From NCBI GenBank assembly GCA_963740355.1, contig CAVUDW010000002.1:1120001-1184000 (forward strand): 64,000 nucleotides of DNA. The letters run 5' to 3'. Every line of letters begins with the position of its first letter. Position 1 is the first letter of the stretch. The notes beneath the pieces are model-generated. The model saw only the letters and a program-made list of their open reading frames with translations. It ran no database searches and was not told the DNA's origin. Below, piece after piece: positions 1-9,115 of this stretch. Source of the DNA: an uncultured Gemmatimonadaceae bacterium. GTDB taxonomy: Bacteria > Gemmatimonadota > Gemmatimonadetes > Gemmatimonadales > Gemmatimonadaceae. A program made the position numbers and the translations under genes.

Positions 1-350
1 GTGAGTCATCGGTTCCCGACAAGAGGTAAGCACGGTCTCATCTGCCGTTTTCGACAGACGCTAACAATCGCCGCCGCCCGGGCTCTACGCCACCCGTCTT
101 CGGTCGGATCACACGGACCTTCGTCCCGCCCTGCAGCACAGCGCAGTGTCGGCGTCGCAACGGCTGCGCTGTTGTGTCGCTACCGGTCTCGACAATCGAT
201 AGGTAGGTCGACAGATCGCCATCACAAGACTGCCAATCTCATCCATTCGTGAACTGTCTCTAATCCTTTTCCAACCTCCTCAGACGTCGCACACACGCCC
301 GCGTCACCGGGCTCTGCCATAGACAGTGACTGCTCGGCTCGCCGCGACGC

Positions 351-568
351 TGGCGGTCCACACGCTCTGCGCCGCTACGCTGCGCTTTCGCTTGGCGGTC
401 CACACGCTCTGCGCCGCGACGCTGCGCTTTCGCTTGGCGGTCCACACGCTCTGCGCCGCGACGCTTTCGCTTGGCGGTCCACACGCTCTGCGCCGCGACG
501 CTGCGCTTTCGCCTGGCGGTCCACACGCTCTGCGCCGCGACGCTGCGCTTTCGCCTAGCGGTCCACAC
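351..568. repeat. Tandem repeat, 42-bp unit (TGGCGGTCCACACGCTCTGCGCCGCGACGCTGCGCTTTCGCT), 5 copies plus a partial
   Basis: Units start at 351, 393, 435 (37 bp, 5-bp deletion), 472, 514 and 556 (partial); no variable spacers. Confidence 0.95.
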
Positions 569-570
569 TT

Positions 571-858
571 CCTCACGCGGAGGCGCGGAGAACCGCGGAG
601 CCGCGGAGGTTTCGCGCGCGGCAGCCAGCTCATGCGTGGTGCGGAGGTTGAACTGCGGGGGAACTTCGCTCGCGGCCGCCACCTCCGGCACCGAGTAGCG
701 GTATCGTGCGCACAACAACGCCGCCGTACGGGCCGACACCCCAAAAGCAGTTGTTCTGGCTGTTGCCGTTGCCCTTCGCCCGGTGTTGACCCCTCCGCCG
801 CCACAGGCGTCCCGAGCAGTTCCCCGCGGCTCCGCGTCCTCCGCGCCTCCGCGTGAGG
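571..858. repeat. Inverted pair of REP-like motifs (571-606 and 824-858)
   Basis: CCTCACGCGGAGGCGCGGAG (571-590) is the exact reverse complement of 839-858; match extends to ~35 bp with one mismatch and one indel. Confidence 0.85.
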
Positions 859-1327
859 GAGTGTAGACCATCGCCGCCAAAGGCGTCGGCGCCGTAGAGC
901 GGTGATGAACGCGGTGGTCAACGCGGCGCGTGACTTGTTTGCGCTCAGGAGGACGGTGTTCCCAGATACCCAAAACGCTCGCGACGAGACCAACGCTGCT
1001 GCGGTCGCACTCCGTGAGCTCCGTTCGCTCCCCCTCATTGCAGTTGCTTCCCTCGCGACCGCGAGCGACCGCTGCACCGCGCACCGACGCTAACAGCAAT
1101 TGGGGGGGAGGCCACGGAGCTCACGGAGTGCTCCGGTAGCAGCCTTGGCCTCTTCCCCAGCGACGGTGTGAAGGGAACGGCTGGAGCGACTCCGTCGCCA
1201 TCAGCAGTTCCCCGCGGCTCCGCGTCCCCCGCGCCTCCGCGTGAGGGAGTGTAGACCATCGCCGCCAAAGGCGTCGGGACGGTACAGCGACGATGAACGC
1301 GGTGGTCCACGCGGCGCGTAACTTGTT
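815..1327 (+). repeat. 125-bp direct repeat, copies at 815-939 and 1203-1327
   Basis: Gap-free alignment with about 9 mismatches counted by eye; each copy carries the REP-like CTCCGCG motif. Confidence 0.92.
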
Positions 1328-1359
1328 CAGGGATGAGCGTTTGCGTAACTTTTTGATCT

Positions 1360-2679
1360 ATGTTTGACGAGCTCAGCGAAAAAATTGGGGCCGCTTTCTC
1401 CAAGCTCCGGGGAAAGGGCGTACTCACGGAAGCCGACATCAAGGACGGCCTGCGTGAGGTGCGACGTGTGCTCCTCGAGGCGGACGTCAGCTTCGGGCTG
1501 ACACGCGAATTCCTCGAACGCGTCGAAAAGAAGGCCGTCGGGCTCGCCGCCCTCAAGACCGTCCGGCCCGAGCAGCAGCTCGTCAAGATCGTGCACGAAG
1601 AGCTCACCGCCATGCTCGGCGAGCGGCGCGAAGGGCTGAAGCTGAGCACCGTGCCGCCCACCGTCGTGCTGATGGTCGGCTTGCAGGGCTCCGGCAAGAC
1701 CACCACGACGGCGAAGCTCGCGCTCCGGATGCAGAAGGAGCAGCGCCAGGTTCGGCTCATCGCGGCCGACGTGTACCGTCCGGCGGCCATCGATCAGCTC
1801 GAGACCCTGGGGAAGCAGCTGAATGTGCCGGTGTTCGCCCGTCGCGACACCACCGACGTCGTGCAGATCGTGCGCGATGGTCTCGAAGTCGCACGCCGTG
1901 AGCGCGACCGCATCGTCTTCATCGACACCGCCGGTCGGCTGCAGATCGACGACAACCTGATGGACGAACTCCGGCGCGTGAAGGAAGTCGCTCGCCCAGA
2001 TGAAATCCTGCTGGTGGCCGACGGCATGACCGGTCAGGACGCCGTGAAGATCGCCGAGGGCTTCAACAACGCGCTCGGCATCACCGGCATCATCCTCACC
2101 AAGATGGACGGCGATGCACGTGGCGGCGCGGCGCTCTCCGTGTACGGCGCGACCAAGAAGCCGATCAAGTACATCGGCGTCGGCGAGAAGGTGGATGCCC
2201 TCGAGGAATTCCACCCCGACCGCATGGCCGGGCGCATCCTCCAGATGGGCGACGTCCTGTCGCTGGTCGAGAAGGCACAGGAGTCGTTCGACGCCGACGA
2301 GGCCAAGAAGCTCGAGAAGAAGGTCCGCCGCGAAGGCATGGACCTGAACGACTTCCTCGGCGCGATGAAGCAGATCGAGAAGCTTGGGCCGCTGGAAGGG
2401 ATCCTGAAGATGATCCCGGGCGTCAACACCAAGGCGCTCAAGCAGGCCAAGATGGACCCCAAGCGGATGCGCCACGTCGAGGCGATCGTCCTCAGCATGA
2501 CCATGGCGGAGCGGAAGAAGCCGGAGCTGATCAACGGCTCGCGGCGCCTGCGGATCGCCAAGGGCTCGGGGCGGACCGTGGCCGAGGTGAACCGGCTGCT
2601 GGACCAGTTCCGGGACATGCAGAAGATGATGAAGAAGGTCACCGCCAGCGGTGGCCGGAACCCGTTCGGACGCGGCTGA
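1360..2679 (+). CDS. ffh: Signal recognition particle protein Ffh
   Basis: GLQGSGKTT, DTAGR, TKMDGDARGG, Met-rich C-terminal M domain. Confidence 0.99.
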   Translation: MFDELSEKIGAAFSKLRGKGVLTEADIKDGLREVRRVLLEADVSFGLTREFLERVEKKAVGLAALKTVRPEQQLVKIVHEELTAMLGERREGLKLSTVPPTVVLMVGLQGSGKTTTTAKLALRMQKEQRQVRLIAADVYRPAAIDQLETLGKQLNVPVFARRDTTDVVQIVRDGLEVARRERDRIVFIDTAGRLQIDDNLMDELRRVKEVARPDEILLVADGMTGQDAVKIAEGFNNALGITGIILTKMDGDARGGAALSVYGATKKPIKYIGVGEKVDALEEFHPDRMAGRILQMGDVLSLVEKAQESFDADEAKKLEKKVRREGMDLNDFLGAMKQIEKLGPLEGILKMIPGVNTKALKQAKMDPKRMRHVEAIVLSMTMAERKKPELINGSRRLRIAKGSGRTVAEVNRLLDQFRDMQKMMKKVTASGGRNPFGRG

Positions 2680-2733
2680 CCGCCGCCAGCTCTTCCCAGC
2701 CCATCCCACTTCGGGCTCGGCTCCCTTAGCTTT

Positions 2734-2867
2734 AACGGCTCGGTCAGAAATGGCCGGGTTGGCAGGACCTCGGGTGCACCGATCGAATCGTCGATCGGCG
2801 CGAGGAGCCCGGGCCGGTGGAGGGCGCGTCTTTCGACCCGCTGTCGCACCGCGTACGACGAGCCGTT
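2734..2867 (+). ncRNA. Candidate structured leader upstream of rpsP
   Basis: Closing stem AACGGCTCG/CGAGCCGTT enclosing nested stems CCGGGTT/AGCCCGG, CCTCG/CGAGG and CCGATCGA/TCGATCGG. Confidence 0.4.
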
Positions 2868-2922
2868 GCGCATGCGCTCCGTGTTCGGTCGTCCGACATC
2901 ACGTCCCTCAGAGGATGCCCAG

Positions 2923-3240
2923 ATGGTTCGTATTCGTCTCCGCCGCGTCGGCCGCAAGAAGGCCCCGGTTTATCGTATCGTCGTTGCTGACAGCAAGAGC
3001 CCGCGCGACGGCAAGTTCATCGAGATCATCGGCACCTATTCGCCGCGTCTCACTGAGGGTGCCGTGACGATCAAGGTCGATCGTGCCAATCACTGGCTGG
3101 ACGTCGGCGCGCAGGCGTCGGACACGGTGCGCTCGCTGCTCCGCAAGGGTGGCGTGCTCAAGGCTCGTCATGAAGCCCGCCTCGCGAAGAAGCTGTCCGC
3201 TGCTGCGGTGCCGCTCTCCGAAGGCGCAAAGGCCGAGTGA
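2923..3240 (+). CDS. rpsP: 30S ribosomal protein S16
   Basis: [35 protein letters not shown] before the ATG at 2923. Confidence 0.98.
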   Translation: MVRIRLRRVGRKKAPVYRIVVADSKSPRDGKFIEIIGTYSPRLTEGAVTIKVDRANHWLDVGAQASDTVRSLLRKGGVLKARHEARLAKKLSAAAVPLSEGAKAE

Positions 3241-3824
3241 GTGACATGGGCGCGCCCGCGCTCATGATCGTCGGGCGCGTCCGCAAGGCACATGGCATCC
3301 GCGGCGAGTTGCTCGTGGAGCCCATCACCGACGCGCCCGATACGGTCTTCGTATCGGGCCGTCGGCTTTTTGCTGGTACGGCAACCGGCGATCCGTCGCC
3401 GGACGGGCAGGAGTTGCACATCACCGCCGTGCGCCAGCACATGGACTCGGTGCGATTGACGATCAAGGAAGTGCCCGATCGGACCGCGGCAGAATTGTGG
3501 CGCGGTCGATTCCTGTTGGCACCGAAAGACGAATTGCCGCCGCCCGCCGAGGATGAGGTCTACATCCATGAGCTGCTCGGCATGCAGGTCGTGCATGTCG
3601 ATGGTCGTGCGCTGGGGCAGGTGGCGGACACGTACGACCTGCCGCAGGGCCTGATGCTCGACGTGCGCCCCGTCAACGGCGGTCCCACCTACTTCATCCC
3701 CTGGCGCGACGAAATTCTCGTCAACGTCGATGAAGTGGCGCGCGTGATCACCGTCGATCCGCCGGAAGGGCTGCTTCCCGAAGGATTGCTGCAGGCGGAA
3801 GGACACCCCTCGGACGAGGCGTGA
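3237..3824 (+). CDS. rimM: 16S rRNA processing protein RimM
   Basis: [31 protein letters not shown]; lies between rpsP and trmD. Confidence 0.96.
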   Translation: MSDMGAPALMIVGRVRKAHGIRGELLVEPITDAPDTVFVSGRRLFAGTATGDPSPDGQELHITAVRQHMDSVRLTIKEVPDRTAAELWRGRFLLAPKDELPPPAEDEVYIHELLGMQVVHVDGRALGQVADTYDLPQGLMLDVRPVNGGPTYFIPWRDEILVNVDEVARVITVDPPEGLLPEGLLQAEGHPSDEA

Positions 3825-4540
3825 CGGTGCCCGAGGTGACGACCGATGCGGCAGGAAGCCCGGGAGGCCCGCGCGCCCCGCTGGTCATCAACATCGTGAG
3901 CATCTTTCCGGAATTCTTTGCGACACCGCTCGCGATCAGCATTCCGTCGAAAGCCGCAGCTGCCGGCAGCGTGATCTACAACGTGGTCGACCTGCGCAGC
4001 TTCACGCACGACAAGCACCGCACGGTGGATGACTATCCGTACGGCGGAGGTCCTGGCATGGTGATGAAGCCCACGCCGTTCTTCGAGGCGGTCGAGCATC
4101 TCGGCGCGACGGCGCCGATCGTCTTGCTTTCGCCGCGCGGCAAGACCTTTTCGCAGGCGGATGCACATCGTTTCGCAGCCGGCACCGAATTGACGCTGTT
4201 GTGTGGTCACTACAAGGACGTCGACCAACGCGTCGCGGATCATCTGGCGACGGAAGAACTGTCGCTCGGCGATTTCGTGCTCAGTGGCGGTGAGCCCGCC
4301 GCGTTGGCAATCGTCGATGCCGTCGCGCGATTGTTGCCCGGCGCGATGAGTGATCACGACTCGGCCGCGACCGATTCCTTCTACGGCGGCGCCGGCGTGA
4401 GCGCACCGAGCTACACGCGGCCTGAGGAATACCGCGGCCTGCGCGTGCCGGACGTCCTGCTTTCGGGTCATCACGCGAAGATTGCCGAATGGCGTCGGAG
4501 CGAGGGTGAACGTCGCACCAGTTCCCGCAAGGACGCGTGA
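3821..4540 (+). CDS. trmD: tRNA (guanine37-N1)-methyltransferase
   Basis: VDDYPYGGGPGMV, SLGDFVLSGGE, YTRPEEY, VPDVLLSGHH. Confidence 0.98.
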   Translation: MTVPEVTTDAAGSPGGPRAPLVINIVSIFPEFFATPLAISIPSKAAAAGSVIYNVVDLRSFTHDKHRTVDDYPYGGGPGMVMKPTPFFEAVEHLGATAPIVLLSPRGKTFSQADAHRFAAGTELTLLCGHYKDVDQRVADHLATEELSLGDFVLSGGEPAALAIVDAVARLLPGAMSDHDSAATDSFYGGAGVSAPSYTRPEEYRGLRVPDVLLSGHHAKIAEWRRSEGERRTSSRKDA

Positions 4541-5343
4541 TGCGCTCGGCAACGCCCCGCGGCTCGCTGACCGCGATCGTTGCGGTCGCGTTCATGCTGC
4601 TGCTGGTTGCGTGTGGGGGAGCGAAGGACGCCGCGCCTGCAGTCATGAGAGACAGTACGCAGATACCAGCGGCGGCGCCCGCACCGGTGGTCGTTCGCCA
4701 ACCGCTGCGCGTCGACACCGCTGACACGTATGTGCTCGAGTTCTGGCCGCTCGCCGTGGCGCCTGGTCGGCAGCTCGACGAGACGCGTCGCATCGTCGAA
4801 CATCTGCAGGCCGATCTCACGCTCGTGCCGGGCTTCGTCAGTGCCACGTTGCTCGCCAGCGGTGATGGCTCCGGGTTGCTTCTGGTGGCGGCGTGGCTCG
4901 ACGATGCCGCCGCCGACCAGGCGGGGGGGCGATTGTCGGAATGGCTGCACGCCGAATCCGACACCGCCATCCGACGCCGGCGCGTTGGCACGGCGACGGC
5001 GCGCGTGGTCGTGCGTCGCACCGTGGGTACGCCGCCGATCCTGTCCGACGCGGCCATGCTGCAGTTCACGCGCTACGCCCTCAAGCCGGGCCATTCGTTC
5101 GGCGCGTTGGCAGCGCTGGCCGACAGCAATCTTGCCATGCGTGTGCTGCAGGACACGGCGGCGCAGGGTGGCGCGACGCTGGCCGCCGCCGACAGTGGGG
5201 CGGTGTATATGCTGATGCAGGCGCGCACGGCCGCCGCGCTCGATCCCAACCTGCGCCCGGCCGGCCCGATGCCGTTCTGGGCTCCGTTTGCGGAACGCGA
5301 GGAACAGCTGCTGGCGGTCGTCGCCATCGTGCATCACCGCTGA
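4537..5343 (+). CDS. Putative lipoprotein with ABM-like (dimeric alpha-beta barrel) region
   Basis: Lipobox LLVAC; PGFVSATLLASGDG...LVAAW resembles antibiotic biosynthesis monooxygenase domains; overlaps trmD stop. Confidence 0.55.
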   Translation: MMRSATPRGSLTAIVAVAFMLLLVACGGAKDAAPAVMRDSTQIPAAAPAPVVVRQPLRVDTADTYVLEFWPLAVAPGRQLDETRRIVEHLQADLTLVPGFVSATLLASGDGSGLLLVAAWLDDAAADQAGGRLSEWLHAESDTAIRRRRVGTATARVVVRRTVGTPPILSDAAMLQFTRYALKPGHSFGALAALADSNLAMRVLQDTAAQGGATLAAADSGAVYMLMQARTAAALDPNLRPAGPMPFWAPFAEREEQLLAVVAIVHHR

Positions 5344-5474
5344 CACTTCCGTGTGACCTCAGTAGTTAGCGCCTCGTCGTCGGGTATCTCGCCACTTTGG
5401 CGCGCCTGCCTGTTTCCCACCGAGCCGCCTGCAGTCGAATCGCCTGCAGCTGACTTTGCCGTCCGAGATCCCGC

Positions 5475-5921
5475 GTGAACGTGCTCCTCAACGCCATCGT
5501 CCGCCGTATCACGATCTTCATCGGCGCCACGCTCGGCACGTTCGTGAGCTACATCGCGGTGAGCGAGGTGTACGGGCTGATGAGCGACACACCAACGCCG
5601 GACGCCTTGAGCATGACCGTGGCCCGGATCCTGGGCCGAGTGGTGGTGAGCCTGACGGCCGGCCATGCGATGGCGCTGGGTATTCTCGCCTTCGCGGGTC
5701 GCGGGTATTCGGTGCCGGCCCTCGTGCGCAGCACCTACTCGGGGATCGCCTGCGCCACCGTCCTGGAGGCGGCGTATCTCTGGAACCCGTTCACGGCGGC
5801 GATCAGCCAGTACCGGATCGTGCAGCTGGCCGCGGGCGTGGTGGTGTCGGTGCTGATTTGCGCGGCGCGGGCTCCGCGGCGTCAGGAAGGGCTGCCGCCG
5901 GTGCTGGTCGAGCCGACCTAG
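5475..5921 (+). CDS. Hypothetical membrane protein (~4 TM)
   Basis: Hydrophobic segments; GC3-biased codons. Confidence 0.65.
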   Translation: MNVLLNAIVRRITIFIGATLGTFVSYIAVSEVYGLMSDTPTPDALSMTVARILGRVVVSLTAGHAMALGILAFAGRGYSVPALVRSTYSGIACATVLEAAYLWNPFTAAISQYRIVQLAAGVVVSVLICAARAPRRQEGLPPVLVEPT

Positions 5922-5956
5922 GTCGGCCCGTTCCCGGGCTGACGTGCCAAGGGCCA

Positions 5957-6044
5957 CGCCGGCTGCCGTGCGGATAGCGCCCACTACCATCCGGAGTCGC
6001 TCGGGGTTAACCTTCTCGGCTCACCGAAACAACCCCAGCCGGCG
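5957..6044 (+). ncRNA. Candidate structured leader upstream of rplS
   Basis: CGCCGGCT/AGCCGGCG closing stem with inner CGGAT/ATCCG and GGGGTT/AACCCC stems. Confidence 0.35.
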
Positions 6045-6074
6045 CCGCATTGCGGGCGCCCCGCAGAGCGTGAT

Positions 6075-6443
6075 ATGCACCCGTTCATCGAAACACAGAA
6101 AGAGTGGATGCGCGAAATTCCCCCGTTCCGCGCGGGCGACACGGTTCGTGTCAACGTGCGCGTGAAGGAAGGGGAAAAGGAGCGCCTCCAGGCCTTTGAA
6201 GGCACGGTCATCGCCCGCCGCGGCAGTGGCGTGAGCGCGACCTTCACGGTCCGCAAGATTTCGAACGGTGTCGGCGTCGAGCGCATCTTCCCGGATCACA
6301 GCCCGATGCTTGGCGAGATCATCGTCGTGCGCCGCGGTCGTGTGCGTCGCGCGAAGCTGTATTACCTGCGCGGCGTGACGGGCAAGGCTGCCCGCATCAA
6401 GGAGCGCAAGGTTCGCGTCGGGGCCGACAAGGCCGCTCGCTGA
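6075..6443 (+). CDS. rplS: 50S ribosomal protein L19
   Basis: [38 protein letters not shown]. Confidence 0.99.
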   Translation: MHPFIETQKEWMREIPPFRAGDTVRVNVRVKEGEKERLQAFEGTVIARRGSGVSATFTVRKISNGVGVERIFPDHSPMLGEIIVVRRGRVRRAKLYYLRGVTGKAARIKERKVRVGADKAAR

Positions 6444-6461
6444 GCCTGCTCCATTCGCTCC

Positions 6462-7109
6462 ATGCCTGCACGCACGCAGAGCTGGGGCGCGCTCGAAGCT
6501 GACGCACGACAGACCGGCCACTCACGCATCGTCGGAGTGGATGAGGTCGGACGGGGCCCCCTTGCGGGCCCCGTTGTCGCATGTGCCATCCTGCTTCCCG
6601 CCGACTGCCGCGACATCGAAGGCGTCGGCGATTCCAAGGCACTGCGCGCCGCTGATCGTGAGCGGCTGGCGATCGAGATCCGACGGGTGGCACTGGCCAT
6701 CGGCATCGGTGCTGCCAGCGCCGCAGAGATCGATCGCGTGAATATCTACCAGGCCACCGCGATCGCGATGCGCCGCGCGATTGCGCGAATCCCCGCGCCG
6801 TGGGACCTGCTGCTGATCGATGGCTCGCCATTCGGCGCGCTTGGACTGCCGCACACCGCCGTCGTGAAAGGTGATGCCTGCTGCCTCAGCATCGCGTGCG
6901 CCTCGATCATCGCCAAGGTGACGCGTGACAGGCTCCTCACCGCGCTCGATCGCCGTCATCCGAGGTATGGCTGGTGCAGCAATGCCGGATACGGCACGCC
7001 TGGACATCTCGCCGCGCTGGCAGAGTTTGGCGCCACTGCGCACCACCGCCGAAGTTTCCGCCCGCTTCGCGTCGAACCTGATCTTTTCTCACTCGAGCAA
7101 CCCGCATGA
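6462..7109 (+). CDS. rnhB: Ribonuclease HII
   Basis: GVDEVGRGPLAGPVVA, DSK, LIDG, KGD, ASIIAKVTRD, GYGT, HRRSF. Confidence 0.97.
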   Translation: MPARTQSWGALEADARQTGHSRIVGVDEVGRGPLAGPVVACAILLPADCRDIEGVGDSKALRAADRERLAIEIRRVALAIGIGAASAAEIDRVNIYQATAIAMRRAIARIPAPWDLLLIDGSPFGALGLPHTAVVKGDACCLSIACASIIAKVTRDRLLTALDRRHPRYGWCSNAGYGTPGHLAALAEFGATAHHRRSFRPLRVEPDLFSLEQPA

Positions 7110-7939
7110 ACTCACATCCTGTGTTTCGCGATGGACTCCTTGATGGACAGGTCGGCATCGTGACCGGTGGGGCGACCGGCATCGGGCTTGGCATCAGCAC
7201 GACGCTCGCGCAGCTCGGGATGCATGTGGTGCTCGCCAGTCGGAAGCCAGAGAATCTGCAACCAGCGGTGGACGCCATCGTGGCGGCGGGCGGCAAGGCG
7301 TCATCCGTGGCGGTGGATGTGCGGGATCAGGCTCGGGTACAAGCGATGGCGAAGCAGGTGCATGACGAGCTCGGCCGTATCGACCTTCTCGTGAACAATG
7401 CGGCGGGAAATTTCTACAAGAAGTCGGAAGACCTGAGCGAGAATGCTTGGAAGTCGGTCATCGAGATCGACCTCTACGGGACGTTCTTCTGCACGCAGGC
7501 TGTCTTTCCTTATATGAAGGAGCAGGGTGGCGGTCGCGTGGTGAACACGTCGATGACGCTGCACTACCGCGGCTGGCCGTTGATGGCGCACGCGACTGCG
7601 GCGAAGGCCGGTGTCGACGCACTGACGAGGACGCTTGCTGTGGAGTGGGCGGAGCACGGCATTCGCATCAATGCCATCGCTCCGGGCCCGATTCCCACCG
7701 AAGGTGTGCGCAAGGCATTCACACCGCCGCCTGGTGCACCCGTGCCTGATTTCTTCAGCGTGGACAAGGCAATGGATGTGTTCGCTAAGAACACGATTCC
7801 ATTGAAGCGATGGGGTACGCCGGAGGATATCGGGCAGATGGTTGCATACCTCGCGAGCCCAGCCGGAGACTGGATCACGGGAGCCATCTTTGTGGTGGAC
7901 GGTGGAGAGTGGCTCGCTAAGTCAAAGCCCAGCATGTAG
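7106..7939 (+). CDS. SDR oxidoreductase, 2,4-dienoyl-CoA reductase-like
   Basis: TGGATGIG, NNAAGNF, HATAAKAGV, NAIAPGPI, VVDGGEWL. Confidence 0.88.
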   Translation: MNSHPVFRDGLLDGQVGIVTGGATGIGLGISTTLAQLGMHVVLASRKPENLQPAVDAIVAAGGKASSVAVDVRDQARVQAMAKQVHDELGRIDLLVNNAAGNFYKKSEDLSENAWKSVIEIDLYGTFFCTQAVFPYMKEQGGGRVVNTSMTLHYRGWPLMAHATAAKAGVDALTRTLAVEWAEHGIRINAIAPGPIPTEGVRKAFTPPPGAPVPDFFSVDKAMDVFAKNTIPLKRWGTPEDIGQMVAYLASPAGDWITGAIFVVDGGEWLAKSKPSM

Positions 7940-8029
7940 TTAAAAATCGTGGCACGAAACTCGCTAAGTAGAAAAGTGCGTGACGAGAGCCACCCTACTC
8001 GTCTTTACTTTCTTCAGGAGTTTCTTCAG

Positions 8030-8689
8030 ATGACCATCTCCTTTCGTTCGGGCTCGGTCCTGCGTGCATCAGCACTCGCGTTGACCGCCCTCTCGATGAC
8101 CGCTTGTGTGCGCAGCGGTACGTTCAAGCGCGAAATGACGGCCACCCGTGCCGAGATCTCGACCGAACGTACCGAGCGCCTCCGCGCCGACAGCATCCTT
8201 GGTGCCGACCTCGTCGGTCTCCGCACCGAGCTCAAGAAGGAACTCGCCGATCTCCGCACCGAATTCGATGCCAAGATCGTCGCTGCTGGCAACGGCATGA
8301 AGGTGATGTTGCCGGTCTCGTTCGCTTTCGATGACGCAATGATCAAGGACAGCGATCGTGCCGCCCTCGAGCGCTTCTCGCAGATCGCCAACAAGTACTA
8401 CCCGGGCGCCGTGATCACGGTCGAAGGCTTCGCTGATCCGTCGGGCACCCAGGCCTACAACCAGCGCCTGTCGCTGGCCCGTGCCGAGAACGTGAAGCGT
8501 GAGCTCGCGACGAAGGGCATGGACGCTTCCCTGATCCGCACGATGGGCTTCGGCTCGCTGCGTCAGGTTGTGCCGGGCGCACAGAAGGACGAGCCGGGCG
8601 CCGATCGGAACCGCCGCGTCGTGTTCGTGATTGAATCGGCAGATGCAAAGGCGACGGAAGCCGCCAGCGTCTCCACGAACAACCAGTAA
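8030..8689 (+). CDS. OmpA/Pal-family lipoprotein with N-terminal coiled coil
   Basis: AGGAG RBS; lipobox-like MTAC; VEGFAD, YNQRLSLARAENV, NRRV. Confidence 0.9.
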   Translation: MTISFRSGSVLRASALALTALSMTACVRSGTFKREMTATRAEISTERTERLRADSILGADLVGLRTELKKELADLRTEFDAKIVAAGNGMKVMLPVSFAFDDAMIKDSDRAALERFSQIANKYYPGAVITVEGFADPSGTQAYNQRLSLARAENVKRELATKGMDASLIRTMGFGSLRQVVPGAQKDEPGADRNRRVVFVIESADAKATEAASVSTNNQ

Positions 8690-9115
8690 TACCGAACCCG
8701 AGAGGCTGTGGAGGCTGTCGCGACGCGGCGTCAGTTTCCTCGGACCTCGGAATTGCCAGAAGGCCGACGCGAAGCTGCGTCGGCCTTCTGACGTATCAGA
8801 CGTCGATTCATGCAGCACGCGTGAACGACCGACACCAGACACGGCGGGGCTGCCACCAGGGAGCGCCGCCGTTGTCGCTGATGGACTCGCCCCGGTAGGT
8901 GTTCGCCATGCGCAGGTCGGGGCGACGCGCGCTGGATCGAAGGCCACCGTGCCCCGCTAGGCATGCGTCGCGCCGGACTCGACAGGACGGTGCACTTCTC
9001 GCATCGTTCCAGTGTACATCTTGCTTGTAGGCAGAGCGATCATCCGCTGTGTTGCGTCGGGAGATTCAATCGTCTCCCGCATGGATCGCCGTCGTCATTT
9101 TTCCGGGGCTGCACC

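Noticed and set aside
1..9. Possible start (ATG ACT CAC) of a minus-strand gene leaving the window
   Set aside because: Too little sequence to support
351..568. CRISPR array
   Set aside because: Units are contiguous with no unique spacers; no cas genes in the window
260..1139. ORFs over the repeat region (279, 257 and 176 aa)
   Set aside because: They translate repeats, change frame at the 5-bp deletion and have no recognisable domain
2680..2922. SRP (4.5S) RNA beside ffh
   Set aside because: No CAGG..GGAA..AGCAG domain IV motif seen
4200..4235. TrmD motif CGHYKDVDQR instead of CGRYEGIDER
   Set aside because: HYK-type variants are known in other phyla; the other motifs are intact
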